Part shown: positions 14,659 through 26,643 of the stretch, in pieces | Numbering within the stretch: the first letter of the stretch is position 1 | How the letters are laid out: every line of letters begins with the position of its first letter | From: Euprymna scolopes | Lineage: Eukaryota | DNA length: 64,000 nt | Strand: one strand, 5' to 3' | NCBI GenBank assembly: GCA_053919585.1 | Contig: JBSSHM010000096.1 | Made by a program: the position numbers and the translations under genes | Notes under the pieces: model-generated | Seen by the model: the letters and a program-made list of their open reading frames with translations, nothing else | Databases searched by the model: none | Told to the model about the DNA's origin: nothing

Positions 14659-14659
<1 letters not shown>
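14308..14659 (+). mobile_element. 5'-truncated Helitron family C copy
   Basis: Close direct copy of about 13412-13775. Ends CGGGTACTTTTGCTAG|T, followed by (TA)n. Confidence 0.8.
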
Positions 14660-14732
<73 letters not shown>

Positions 14733-15409
14733 TGAGAGGTATAAGTAATAAAGAGTGGACAATACGTTAGTACCGCTGAGTATGTTTTTTTATTTTTATA
14801 TATACAAATTTTTAGTTTAGAGTTTGTTTAATTTAGATCACGTTTTGTTAAGTTTTACGCATGTTTAACATATTTTTTTTATTACGAGGATACAGGAAAA
14901 AAAATCTACGATATATCTACCATTGCATTGATTTCCTGCTCAAATTATCTACACCCTTATTATACAAGATATATAGGTCGTATGTTCAAGCGCAATCCGC
15001 AGGACGTATGTTTGCATTGTCGCAACGACTAACGTCTCGAAAACATTTCCACTTTTCACTTTATATAACCCCCCTAAATAATGTCTGCCTTTGCTGACAC
15101 GTTTGAAGCTCACTTCAAATACGTTGGCCATACCCGTCACACTTTGACCTGACTGATATTATGCATGACACATTTCTATACTGATTTCTTTTATTTTTTC
15201 CTGTTCGTTTCTTTCTATCGCCTCTTTCTTTATATAATTATATGTCCATCTCTCTCTATATATATTTCTCTTGATATCTTAATTTTCACGCGTACCCCTA
15301 GTATACTTTTTTTGATTTTAACTTTTACTATCTGAGAAAACAACCAAAATCTCTCGGTTGCAGAAAAAATTGTTATGCACTAAGTTAATATTTTGAGGTT
15401 GTAAAATAA

Positions 15410-15461
<52 letters not shown>

Positions 15462-16612
15462 TATACACACACACATATATATATGGGTAGGTAGAGTTTT
15501 TAATAGTAACAGAGCGAGGGATGGGAAAACTGGTAATTACCATTAAATCATTACACAACATATTTTTCTACAAAATGTTTACGTTATATGAGGAAACACA
15601 TTTAAATTGTAAACTCACTTGGGATTCATTTAAGTAACCTATGTTACTGAAAAATGTCGGCTAGTAAAATTGAGGCCGATTAGTACAGCAAATAATTTGA
15701 GTAAATATATGTAACAGTATAATTTTTTGTGAAATATTAATAGTGTTCTTACTAAATCAGGTAATATGCAATAAAAATAGAATTCTCTAAAATATGTAAT
15801 CTAAAATGAATATGCCAGTTAAAAAAATCCGGTTTAATTTCGGCTCAAAGAATTATATTTTATCATTGGTTATATAGTTTCTTTTTAAAATACATCTTTA
15901 AATAACACAAAAACACACTTAATCATTTCAATTTGTAAATATTTTTGCAAGTACAAATTCATCAAAATTTCCCTTTCGGTTTGTAATAGTTCCAAAAACG
16001 AATTTGCATCTAAGTATAGCCTTTTTGAGACAGAAATATATTAAGAAAGTATTTAATAACTTATTATTTCACATTTGATATTCACGTGGGATTATTTGGT
16101 GTTATGTCCATGTACGAGTTTCGCAGCTTGTTATTTACATTTTATTTTAAGAATTCTTTTTTAAAAACTGTATTTTTATGTTGTATGGTTTATATGTTAT
16201 TGTTTTTCATTCTTTAAATTCAAAGTTCCGTGCTAAGTAACTGCCATTGAGATCACACTAGGCTAAGTCGTTTTTACTCATACAGTGTCCCTATTTTTCA
16301 CACATAAAAACATAATTTGTATTTAAGACTAACTTCGTGTGGAGGCGAGTAAATAGCGAAAAAGGGTTCTGTTGTAAATTGTTATTTCAAAATTTATTGC
16401 TTTTCATTCACAATATTTACATAGATATATTGTGTATTTTTTAAGAAAATCTATTCTTTATTATTCAAATAGAATTAATTATTAAAAAAAAATAATTTAA
16501 TATTTTTTATAATTTGTCATCATTACTACACCAACTGCCTTAATAAAAAGGTTAATAAAATTGTTGGAGCTTCGGTTATTTCATTGTTTTACTATTTTAT
16601 TTTAAATTTTAA

Positions 16613-17213
16613 TGTTTTGACAATCTTCTGGGTTTGGCCTTTACTCCTGATCTTTAATCGAACACGTACATCAAATCTGTTGCCAGGGACGCTGGGATAA
16701 TTGTGCGATCCTGCCACCGCTCCAGAAGGTATCTCACTTCTGATGCAATTCTCTATCTGTATAAAAGCCACAGAAGAGACGTTGCAAGCCTGTCTTTGTT
16801 TTATCGTTATTTCCATGGCAGGTGCTCGTCTGAGCTCCAATCCCCCGTCCCCCCTCGCCAATCTTTCACGAAAAACACCCGTCTGGCTGAAACTACTGTC
16901 AATAATTTTCCCCACTCTTTATCCGTGCCTAAATCCAAACGTAGATTCCATGAGCTAAGCTTCTTTCTTACAGCTGCACGCCAGTGCAACTCTCTGCCGC
17001 TTGCCTGTTTCCCACCTAACTACAACTTGGACGTTTTCAAGTCCAACACAAACAAACTCCTTACACACCGCCTCCTTAGGTAAGACACTCTTATCTAACC
17101 ACCCAATACTAATAATTACTACAATAATATCTAATTAATTACTGTACACACAATAATCCTTATCCCTGAGTTGCCTTCGGGCCTTGATAAGCGGTGAAAC
17201 CCATGTAAAAAAT
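16613..17213 (+). mobile_element. 5'-truncated, internally deleted CR1/L2-group LINE
   Basis: ORF 16703-17083 (RSRRYLTSDAILYLYKS|HRRDVASLSLFYRYFHGRCSSEL...) is homologous to 26763-27288. Shared 3' UTR (CCTTATCCCTGAG...CTTGATAAG) and TGTAAAAA tail. Confidence 0.9.
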
Positions 17214-17989
17214 ATATATATTTATATTCAAAATTTCATAATTTTTATCATCTTACATTGCATTTCTTTAACTCACTTGACACTTATAATCCTTGGCAGT
17301 ATCTGTTTTGTAGCACAACATTAACTATTTTATCAATCAGTAAATCTATTTTGTCTTAACTCATCCCAAGAAATAGCAACAGTTAATCCACCAAAGGAAA
17401 TAAATGCGTTTGTAAATGATTAAAAAATCCAAAAATTCTGAAGAAAATCTACAAATACCGTAAATCGTGCCTTAATTTCGCCATTTTAAATGTCAGGAAT
17501 AAAGTCATTAAGACCCACGTATACATACTAACAAATTCCATTACTGTATGCGTTTATTGCAGAAATGTTATTTCTATTAATTAGTAAAGCCATTATTTAT
17601 TATTAAATCAACCATATATTTACTCAAATAGCATCACAATTTATAATCTATTACACCTGTGTATATATACGAAACTAAGAAAAATTCAATTTCCAATTGT
17701 ATTAAATTAATTATTAATCTGAATTTAAAACTATACATAATTAAGTTATTACTGATGTAATGATTAAATTATTATTACATGAATTCTTGAACGTTGAAAT
17801 TATGGAAATCGCTATAAGTGGATTTCCATAATTGTCTCCTTTGAGAGAAAAAATGAAGGCCAAACTTATCTGTTTTTATCCGTTAGGGTAAACATGGATT
17901 AAAAGTTCGCAAACACAATATCCAAGAAAAAAAAGTTGAGATGGCGAAAGTTTATCTCTTCCTCGAATCTTAGTTCCAAAGAAGAATTC

Positions 17990-18128
17990 AATCGACAATA
18001 CGATTTTATTTGGAATGATAATCCGCAATTTAATTAATTCAAATCTCAGCCAGATTAAATGTTGAGGTTAATCGACAATACGATTGTATTTGACTAATAA
18101 TCCGCAGTTTAACTGATCCAAATCTCAA
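17990..18128 (+). repeat. degenerate direct repeat, 80 bp period, 2 copies
   Basis: AATCGACAATACGATT.TATTTG...ATAATCCGCA.TTTAA...CAAATCTCA at 17990 and 18070. Confidence 0.8.
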
Positions 18129-18129
18129 T

Positions 18130-18450
18130 CATCGATGAGGTCCGATTCTCGGAGCGACTGTTTAATATACCGGGCTATCTCGCTTCTTTTCGCCAACTGT
18201 TTATTTCTTATTTCCCGCCACGAATATTCACTGTCTGGTTGCCATGACGACGTATTTCCGCTCGCTACGGCGATATTCACACCCAACCTCTGTCCCATTT
18301 CCCTCAGCCAAGTGTCTGCCACGCCACATCATTCATAGAGAGAGGGGGTTATCTGGTTCATTAGATTTTTAAGAAAGAGAGAGATAGCGAGATATATATA
18401 GAGAGTAAGTTGAGAGATTGACTGTTCGCTTTGCTCTGACGTCACAATAA
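18130..18450. promoter_or_regulatory. putative promoter/enhancer island
   Basis: CpG-rich sequence not repeated elsewhere in the window. TTTCCCGC (E2F-like, 18211), GTTGCCATGACGAC (RFX X-box-like, 18238-18251), TGACGTCA (CRE, 18437-18444). Confidence 0.4.
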
Positions 18451-19039
18451 AAATACGAAAAATATATCCAGTTTGGTAGAAAAGTAACTTCTCTTGCCTT
18501 TTATAACATTTATTTGTTATATATTTGTTTTTTGACAACTTTTTAGAATATATGTGTACAGTAATACACACCCATATTCATTTTGATTGAAAAAAAAAAT
18601 CATTTTGATTAAAAAAATAGTTTAATTTTAATATTTGTTTATTGTCTAAACTCATATCAAATGTTTTGCTTGTGTTCTGCTTCAAATATTCATAATCTTA
18701 CATGCATAATTTTCATTTAATTATATTAAATAAACTTCAAGTTTACTACAAATCAAATCGTGTTCTTTCACTTTTTTAAAATGTAATTTATAAGTAATTA
18801 AAGAACGCATTCTAATCTTTAAAATCTATAATACAACGAAATATTCAATTGCGTATAATACTTAAACAAACAACTAGTTTTTGTATTATTTTTTTATTAT
18901 TAATATTAGATGAGTTTCAGTATAAATCATCGTGTTCTTTATTTCAATCCAATTTTGAAGTTTTGTAACGCTGTCTGTAAAAATTACTGTTGATTATTGA
19001 CAGTCTAAGAGTTCAACATATCTTGCTTGTTGGGACTTC

Positions 19040-19409
19040 GGCGATGACGTCATTTTTTCAGCTGGCCGGCCATCTTTATAACGAAGGCCACGCCACCATC
19101 CCCCCACCAAAAGGGGAAGCCTGGCATTTTCTCACCGGAAAGGGGGGAGCTTGGCAGTTTCTCCCACCAAAGGAGGGAGCCGGTGTCCCCCCCCAAGGGT
19201 GGGGGGGAAGGCCAGGAGGAGGTGACTTTTTTCTTTGGGGGGGAAGCCTCCAGGCCCCCTCCTCCCTGAAGGTGGGGTTGGGGATTATCTCTCCCTGAAG
19301 AGGGGAGGCCGGCACCAAGCATGTAAATCCAGAGGGGTGACGTTTTTTGTTACCCCTCGAAGTGGGAAGGGGGCCGATCACCCAGGCAACGCCGGGTAAC
19401 CCCTGCTAG
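19040..19409 (+). mobile_element. GC-rich Helitron 3' portion
   Basis: G/C-run-rich body ending CCCAGGCAACGCCGGGTAACCCCTGCTAG|T. 5' end not identified. Confidence 0.65.
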
Positions 19410-19544
19410 TTATTATTAATATTATCTTTTTGAATGCGATGCTGTAAAATTCCCATTCGGCATATGTTTACTACACTAATATTCTTAAATCTAGTATTAA
19501 TAAACAGTTATCGAAATATTTAAGTAGTTAAGCATAATGGTTGA

Positions 19545-21512
19545 ACTTTTATATATAGGTTCATTGGACATGGATCTAACTTAATAACTAAACTTGACCC
19601 CAAAACAATAATTTTTAAGGAATGATGATAGGGATCAAAATTAAAAAAAAATCACCATTTTTTTTTGCTCAACATACATCTCCAAATAGCCGGGCAACGC
19701 CGGGAACCGTGCTAGTATATCTATCTATATCTATAAAAGTGAAAGTGTCTGTGTGTGTCTGTGATTCTTTGTCTGTACATTTCCCTACGCAATAACTCTG
19801 TCAATTTTTACTCTACATACTCGAAATTTGATATACAGGGTACCGAGATTTGGGAAAATCGATGTGATCGGTTTTTGGCCAAAAATTTGGCGATTAAGGG
19901 GTCAAAGTTCAACGATTTATCATTTGAGAACTCTGCCAATGTCCTCCGACAATTTTTGGTCTACACACTTGAAATTTTAGATATAGGTTCCTTGGACATT
20001 GATCTAACTTAATAATATGATTTGAGCCCAAAACAAAAAATGTTAAGGGGTCAAAAAAGGGGTCAAATTAAAAAAAATACGTATGCGGTCTCTGCCAAAT
20101 TACTCAGACAATTTCTGGTCTAAATATTTGAAATTTTACATAAAGGGTATTCAGAGATATGACAATCTTTTTCATCGGTTTGAGACGAACATTTTTAGTT
20201 ACCAATATATAAATGTATGCATGTATGTATGTATATTTGTATGTCTGCCTAAAACTTTCAATACAGGCGACGGATGTCACCAAGATAATGATCGTTTTAA
20301 ATTTTACAAATATCGAAAAATTGGCTGAAAACATTAATATCTTTCCTTCAACTAGGCACTTTTCTACAAGGGGGCACTTTTTTCACCGATATTTTTGAAA
20401 GTTATCCTCTCCTTTAGATTGTCTAGCCTTAATTAAAAAAAATGTCGCTTCCGTTTTGGCGGTGGTCGTAACAGCATAGATGTTAGAGTTTTACCCCGAT
20501 CTTTTCCTCTTTCGCGGTACGGGTTCGAGCCTGCCTTCCTACTACCACATATTTTTTTTTGTTTGTTCAACAGACACATCCAAACACCCGGGCAACGCCG
20601 GGCTGAAACGCTAGTATATCTATAAAAGTGAAAGTGTTTGTCTGTGTCTGCACATTTCCCTACGTAATAACTCTGTCAATTTTTAGTCTACAGTCTCACA
20701 ATTTGATATACTGGGTACTGAGATTTGGGAAAATCGATGTGATCGGGTTTTCGCCAGAAATTTGGCGATTAAGGAGTCAAAGTTTAACGTGTTGACCTGT
20801 GAGAACTCTACTAAACTCCTCCGAGAAGTGTGGGTCTACACACTTGAAATTTTAGATATAGGTGCCTTGGACATGGATCTAACTTAATAACTTGTTTTGA
20901 TCCCAAGCAATAGATCTAAAGGGGTCATAATAGGTGTAAAATGTAAAATTTTAAAAAAGAATAACCTCTAAGGTCTCTACCAAATTGCTCAGACAATTTC
21001 TGGTCTAAACATTTGAAATTTTACATGAAGAGTATTCAGAGAGAGGGCACGCTTTTTCGTCGGGTTGGGTCGAAATATTTAGTTACCAATATGTAAATGT
21101 ATGAATGTATGTATTTTTGCATGTCTGCCTAAAACCTTCGACAGAGGCGACTGAATTTTATAATATCAATATCTGTTTTAATTTCGACCTTTCAGACACA
21201 AATATCTAAAAAGTAGCTAAACACATTAATATATTCACCTTCAACTGGACGGTTTTCTACAGGGGTCGTTTTTTTCACCGATATTTTTTAAAGTCATCCT
21301 CTCCTGTCTAGCCTGAACTTAAACCTACGTCACTCCCGGTTTGACGGTAGTCGTAACAGCAAAGCTGCCACGTTTTTCCTCCGTTTTTTTTTTTTTTTTT
21401 GCTCCTTTGCATTACGAGTTCGAACCGGCCTTCCTACTACCATCTTTTTTTTTTTTTTTTTTGCTTAACATACATCTACAAACACTCGGGCAACGCTGGG
21501 TTAAAATGCTAG
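19545..21512 (+). mobile_element. head-to-tail array of three Helitron family A units
   Basis: Units at about 19545-19715 (deleted), 19716-20614 and 20615-21512. Each ends with a CGGGCAACGCYGGG hairpin plus CTAG. Units 2 and 3 start TATATCTAT..AAAAGTGAAAGTG directly after the previous CTAG. Confidence 0.9.
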
Positions 21513-22428
21513 TAATCTATAGTCTATACACACGCTTCCATTTCAAAGAGGGTAAAGTTTTTACGACCTAAAGCTTCGTAGTCAATATTATTCATAATCA
21601 AAATGCTTTTATAAACATTAGTATGGTACTACAGCAACGTATATTTTTCCTCTGACTACAATGATCCTTTCTTGTAGCTAATACGGAAATCGTATTTGAT
21701 ATATTTGTGTTCGGGATTTAAAAAAAAAATTAAAACATATTTATATATTTATACACATTGAGATGGAGTGAGATAGCGTAGTAGTTCACCCGCTTATTAC
21801 TTACTGGCCCTTAAATGTATACTCTACACGGTTAATTTTGATACAAAGACAATTAATTTTTTTTTACTAATTTTTGTTAGCTCAATTTTCACAACTAAAT
21901 ACGTCAAACGAACGCACACGCACAGTTACACATAGAAATATATTTTATTAAATATTTGCTTAAGAGATTCAAACGTTAATTAGAATTAATTGCCATCAAC
22001 CAAAAAAATCTTTCACATTCACCACAATTTTAAGTATAAAATTATTCTAAAGGGGGAAATAATTGGAGATTTGTCCGCCCATAATTTCTAACAATATTGT
22101 GGCCCCATCTTTTAAAGTATAACACTCCAAAACTATAATAAGATTAAAAAAAAAAAACTGTTGATTTTATTTTAGAAATACTGGTCTTTAATGCCGGTCA
22201 AAGGTTAAATAAGAATAAATAAAATAATTATACAATGAAGAGCAACAATTATAATTTTTTAAAAAAATCATTTAAAATAATTAATCACTTACGGGGAATT
22301 TTGAAAGATTGGAAAATACTCGCGCAAGAAGTGAAGACTGTTATTCGGAGGTTTGAAAGGGTTGAAAATAGTATCATTTAACAAAAAACGTCTATTTTAT
22401 TTAATGAAATATGGAATAGAGAAAAATG

Positions 22429-22476
<48 letters not shown>

Positions 22477-22974
22477 GCGCGAAATAGTTAATGTATTATA
22501 AACAAGCTGAGCATCAAGACACTGTTAAAGTAGAGCTGAGGAGACCAGTCATTGCAAATGTATGAGTCAACTTTAACGTAAACAAATGGAATCCGACACC
22601 GGAAATAATTAATTCGCGTAACGTTATATATGTGAATGAGAAGTTGTGAAGATTGTAATTTTTCATGATTTTATTGACCCTGTATAAACTTCCGACTTTA
22701 TTTGCAATAAAGCATTCCGAAAAGATCAATTTTTCACGAGGAATTTTTAATCTCGGTTCGCNNNNNNNNNNNNNNNNNNNNNNNNNNNNNNNNNNNNNNN
22801 NNNNNNNNNNNNNNNNNNNNNNNNNNNNNNNNNNNNNNNNNNNNNNNNNNNNNNNNNNNNNNNNNNNNNNNNNNNNNNNNNNNNNNNNNNNNNNNNNNNN
22901 NNNNNNNNNNNNNNNNNNNNNNNNNNNNNNNNNNNNNNNNNNNNNNNNNNNNNNNNNNNNNNNNNNNNNNNNNN

Positions 22975-23575
22975 CTACATTATGTATCCAAACTTTGTGG
23001 ACACCCTGTAGATTATGTAGCCAGACTTAGTGGGCACCGTGTAGATTATGGAGCCAGATTTGTGGACAACCTACTGCTGATTAAACATTTCAGGCCAATA
23101 AAAAAATCTTTAAACAAATAAAAGATAAAGGATAGATTTAAAACCCCTTACTGCTTAAGGTTACCAATACTGCAATCTAACTGGTTATGGAAACAAAAAG
23201 CTACATTTAAAAGATTTATTTTTTTTAAATTTACATTTTTATTAAATTAGCCTTTTTCACATGATCAACATTATTTAAAAAAATATTAAAAGACCAGAGA
23301 CAAAAATTATATTACATTGCACAAGAAGTGTTTGAATAGTGTAGGAAAAGATTCAACAATCAACCTTCATAATGAGTTCTACCGTCACTGCTTTTGATAT
23401 CTTCAAAAATTCTTGGGGACATGCTAGAAATAGGGTGCCCTTTTAAGTGCGGGGGATTGTGCTCCAGTTTCTTAAGATGGCTCACGAAGTTCATTTATTG
23501 TTGAATATTGTTTGCCATTTCGATAAAAATCTCTTGCCATCACTCCCCAAACATTTTCAATTAGTGATGTTTGAG
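22975..23575 (-). mobile_element. Tc1/Tc3-like transposon 3' end
   Basis: Minus strand reads IENVWGVMARDFYRNGKQYSTINELR...SMSPRIFEDIKSSDGRTHY. TIR-like TACATTATGTATCCAAACTTTGTGGACACCC at 22976, with internal TTGTGGACA repeats. Confidence 0.75.
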
Positions 23576-24974
23576 AGGATATACAATTTATAACAAAAAC
23601 TTTGTTAGAGATTGATCACTTGGTGAATTAAAATAATCCTGCAATGTCGTTGCGATTAAAAGGCGATTAAAATATAAGGCAAATGCTGAAGGGAAACACT
23701 TACACGTGTATTTATTAGGTCGACGAGTATTCTACACAGTACCATAATAATAAATAAATGAATAGAGTTACAATTTACAAGAGCCTTTAACAAATATATA
23801 GATTTTTTAAGCAACAGATGTATACACAGCTCAAAACCCAAAATTAGTCTAAAACAATAGCTACCGACGAAAGACAGCGCACCATAAAAAGCAAAATCGA
23901 GTTGCAGACATACAGGTAAAACACAGGCATTTCAAATTTATAAAAGAAAAAATATGTTGCCAATCTATTATCTTGCGCAAACACTAGATAATTAGATTAC
24001 CATAGAGAACCTTTGTTTGCTCTGTCTTCTTTTTCTTTTATTGTTCATTTATAATAAAATCAACAAACCCATAGTGTAACAGAGTGCGGATCCGCGTATG
24101 GAACCACCAGCAGTTGCACAACAGCCAACGTATGCAAATAACAGAGTCGTGTGTACGGTAACTTCCCAGCGAGAAAAAAAAAATAGAGGAAAACGGAAAC
24201 ATAAAAAGCAAAAGTTGACCGAGATCGACAGTAACAAAAAGAGTCCTAAACATGAACAAGCAAATTCAGAGTTTCACGTGCTCGAAGCATCAGAGTTTTA
24301 TAAAGATAATTGGAGTAGAGAAAACGTGGAACAAGCTGCAATGTGTTATGTTGGAAGTATTTACAAATGTATATGTTGTTTCAACTGAAAACAACAAGTT
24401 AGCCGAATAATACTCTTGTATTTGTTTCTTTGCAAATGTCTGCATACATGGTGTGGGTTGCAAGGGTCGACCAGTAACAACTACGTAAGATTAAAAAAAA
24501 AAAGTTGATCACTTACAGAAAGAAAATACTAAAACCAAACAAAAGATTTAATTAGAAAACATTGGTCCCTCCTTGTTTTATTAATACTTATACTTGTTTG
24601 CTAATTAATAAGATACACAACATGCAATCATCACACACAAAAACTGATTTTAACACATTCACGTGTTTACTCCAATTTCCTTGAAAGCTTGGCGAAAGAA
24701 ATTAACGAAAATTTTCTACAAATTATTTATAGAAACCTTTAATTGGGCAGATATATATTTAATTTTGTTGGCTTCAAATATCGCCCAATCAACCCAAGAC
24801 GAAAAGATAGAAATGTATTTGCTTATGTGTTTATTTACAAGTTTCTGTATATTTTTACGCATTTATACGGAAAATATTTCTCGTCGATTTATTATCAAAA
24901 TATCTTTACTTCTATAAAATCCTTTTTATTTTGTTTGTATTGATATTCATATTAAAAACCATCTATTCTATTAG

Positions 24975-26452
24975 TATTTATTTACTTTCTCACCAAAGCA
25001 AAATGTGACAAGAGGACGTTTTTTAAAACCAGCTCCCCAAAAAGCAAACAAAAGGAGCACTCTGGTTGGAACTAAAAATAATCATTGTCCCAGTATAGAG
25101 GGTTTACCCTCGATTGACTGTGACAAATTACTATAAGTGCAGCATCTGCAGAGCAGATACTACACTTTGATCAGGGCCTGAAGGCCAAGAACGACAGGGT
25201 ATTAATTTGCTCCCCCACCAAGCAAATAAGACACAAGGCTGATTTTTAATGTAAGGGGTGAAGGGGAAACGGGGAACTGGATAGTGACAATGGATATGAA
25301 GGGTTGCCCCTATATTGACCAAGGTCTTATATGTGGGTGTACCCCCACATCTTGTTTTGCCGCCTCGTCCCTTAAATTGCGGAGAAAAGGCCCCAACGCA
25401 AGGACATACAACAGAGGTGCTAGCGGACAACCCTAGCGTACCGACCGAGAGCCTCCAAAGGACTCCGACAACCTACCATTTACTTGTACCGTTACCGCAG
25501 GATCACAATACAGAACGGACATCGGCTTGTGGAAGTCCAGACTAAAGCCGGCAGTCTCCATAACAGATTCAAAGAAACCATGATCGACCCTATCGAACGA
25601 TTAAGACTGATCTAAATTGATCAGCGCAGCTACTGTGTCGTCTTCTAACCCCTCTATGATCGCGCGCAACAAGTGCAAGTTGTTTTAAATCGATCTCCTC
25701 TTCACAGAACAAGTCTGATCCGCTTCGACCAAGAAGCCGATAACAGCCTGCAGTCTTCAACTCTGTGTTTAGCAGAGTTATAGGCCTATAATAATCTAAG
25801 TCCTTCTCACTATGCCGCTCTCTTATCTTCGGAAGTGTGATCACTCCTTTTGTTACCTGCACAGGGATGGATCCCTGAGCAAAACAGTGGCTAAACACAC
25901 CCGTCAGAATATGAATAAACATGAGCGACAGCCTCAAATACAGTTTGTAGGGCAGACCATCGCGCCCTGGAGATTTGTTATGGCTAACCTGCTTCAATGC
26001 AGTAATGAGCTCACGCTCCGTAACCATTCAATCACAGCTAGCTGCTCGAGCCGCAGGAAGGTAAGGCGAGCCGGCAAAATAGCTGCTAAACTCCTGGCCG
26101 CGGTGTCTGGGTAGTTGGGAAAAGCGTCCCTCCAAATGTTGCCGAAACCCATTGCAAATTTCTCGAGTCGATCCGAGGGTATGTCCTTCCAGGTTTTTCA
26201 CCTTCCGAATGTACCCATCCGAGCCGCATCTTAAGGCGGCCTTACGCTCAAGAGCTTCAATGTTTACGGCTCCGTTAGAGACTCTGTGTAACCTAACTCA
26301 TGACCTTCGTAACGTTCGCTAGCCAAGCGCTGGAGGTACCCCTTAACTACTGCTATCTCTAGGGGATCCCCACCAGCCACTGCCCGGATCAGCCTATCAT
26401 CTAGGTGTATTTTGTTCCGTGCCCTAGTTAAGGCCAGGCGTTGGTTATATTG
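24975..26452 (-). mobile_element. Tx1/L1-clade non-LTR retrotransposon remnant (RT pseudogene plus probable 3' UTR)
   Basis: ALKQVSHNKSPGRDGLPY...YRPITLLNTELK (ORF 25590-26027), then ALINLDQS..FDRVDH..VQVNGRLS..SVR*GCPLAPLLYVLA down to about 25390. Truncated by the 100-N gap. The 3' boundary is inferred. Confidence 0.85.
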
Positions 26453-26643
26453 NNNNNNNNNNNNNNNNNNNNNNNNNNNNNNNNNNNNNNNNNNNNNNNN
26501 NNNNNNNNNNNNNNNNNNNNNNNNNNNNNNNNNNNNNNNNNNNNNNNNNNNNGTCATGATTTCTCTATTGCTTACGACATAAGGCAAATTATTCACAAAT
26601 GCACTCGTGGGTTCAAAACTAACAGATAGTATTTACGACACGT

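Noticed and set aside
18125-18322. 65 aa minus-strand ORF as a protein-coding gene
   Set aside because: Non-ATG start, no recognisable domain and no splice support.
24098-24388. 96 aa Lys/Cys-containing ORF
   Set aside because: No recognisable family motif. It could be a transposon remnant but cannot be supported.
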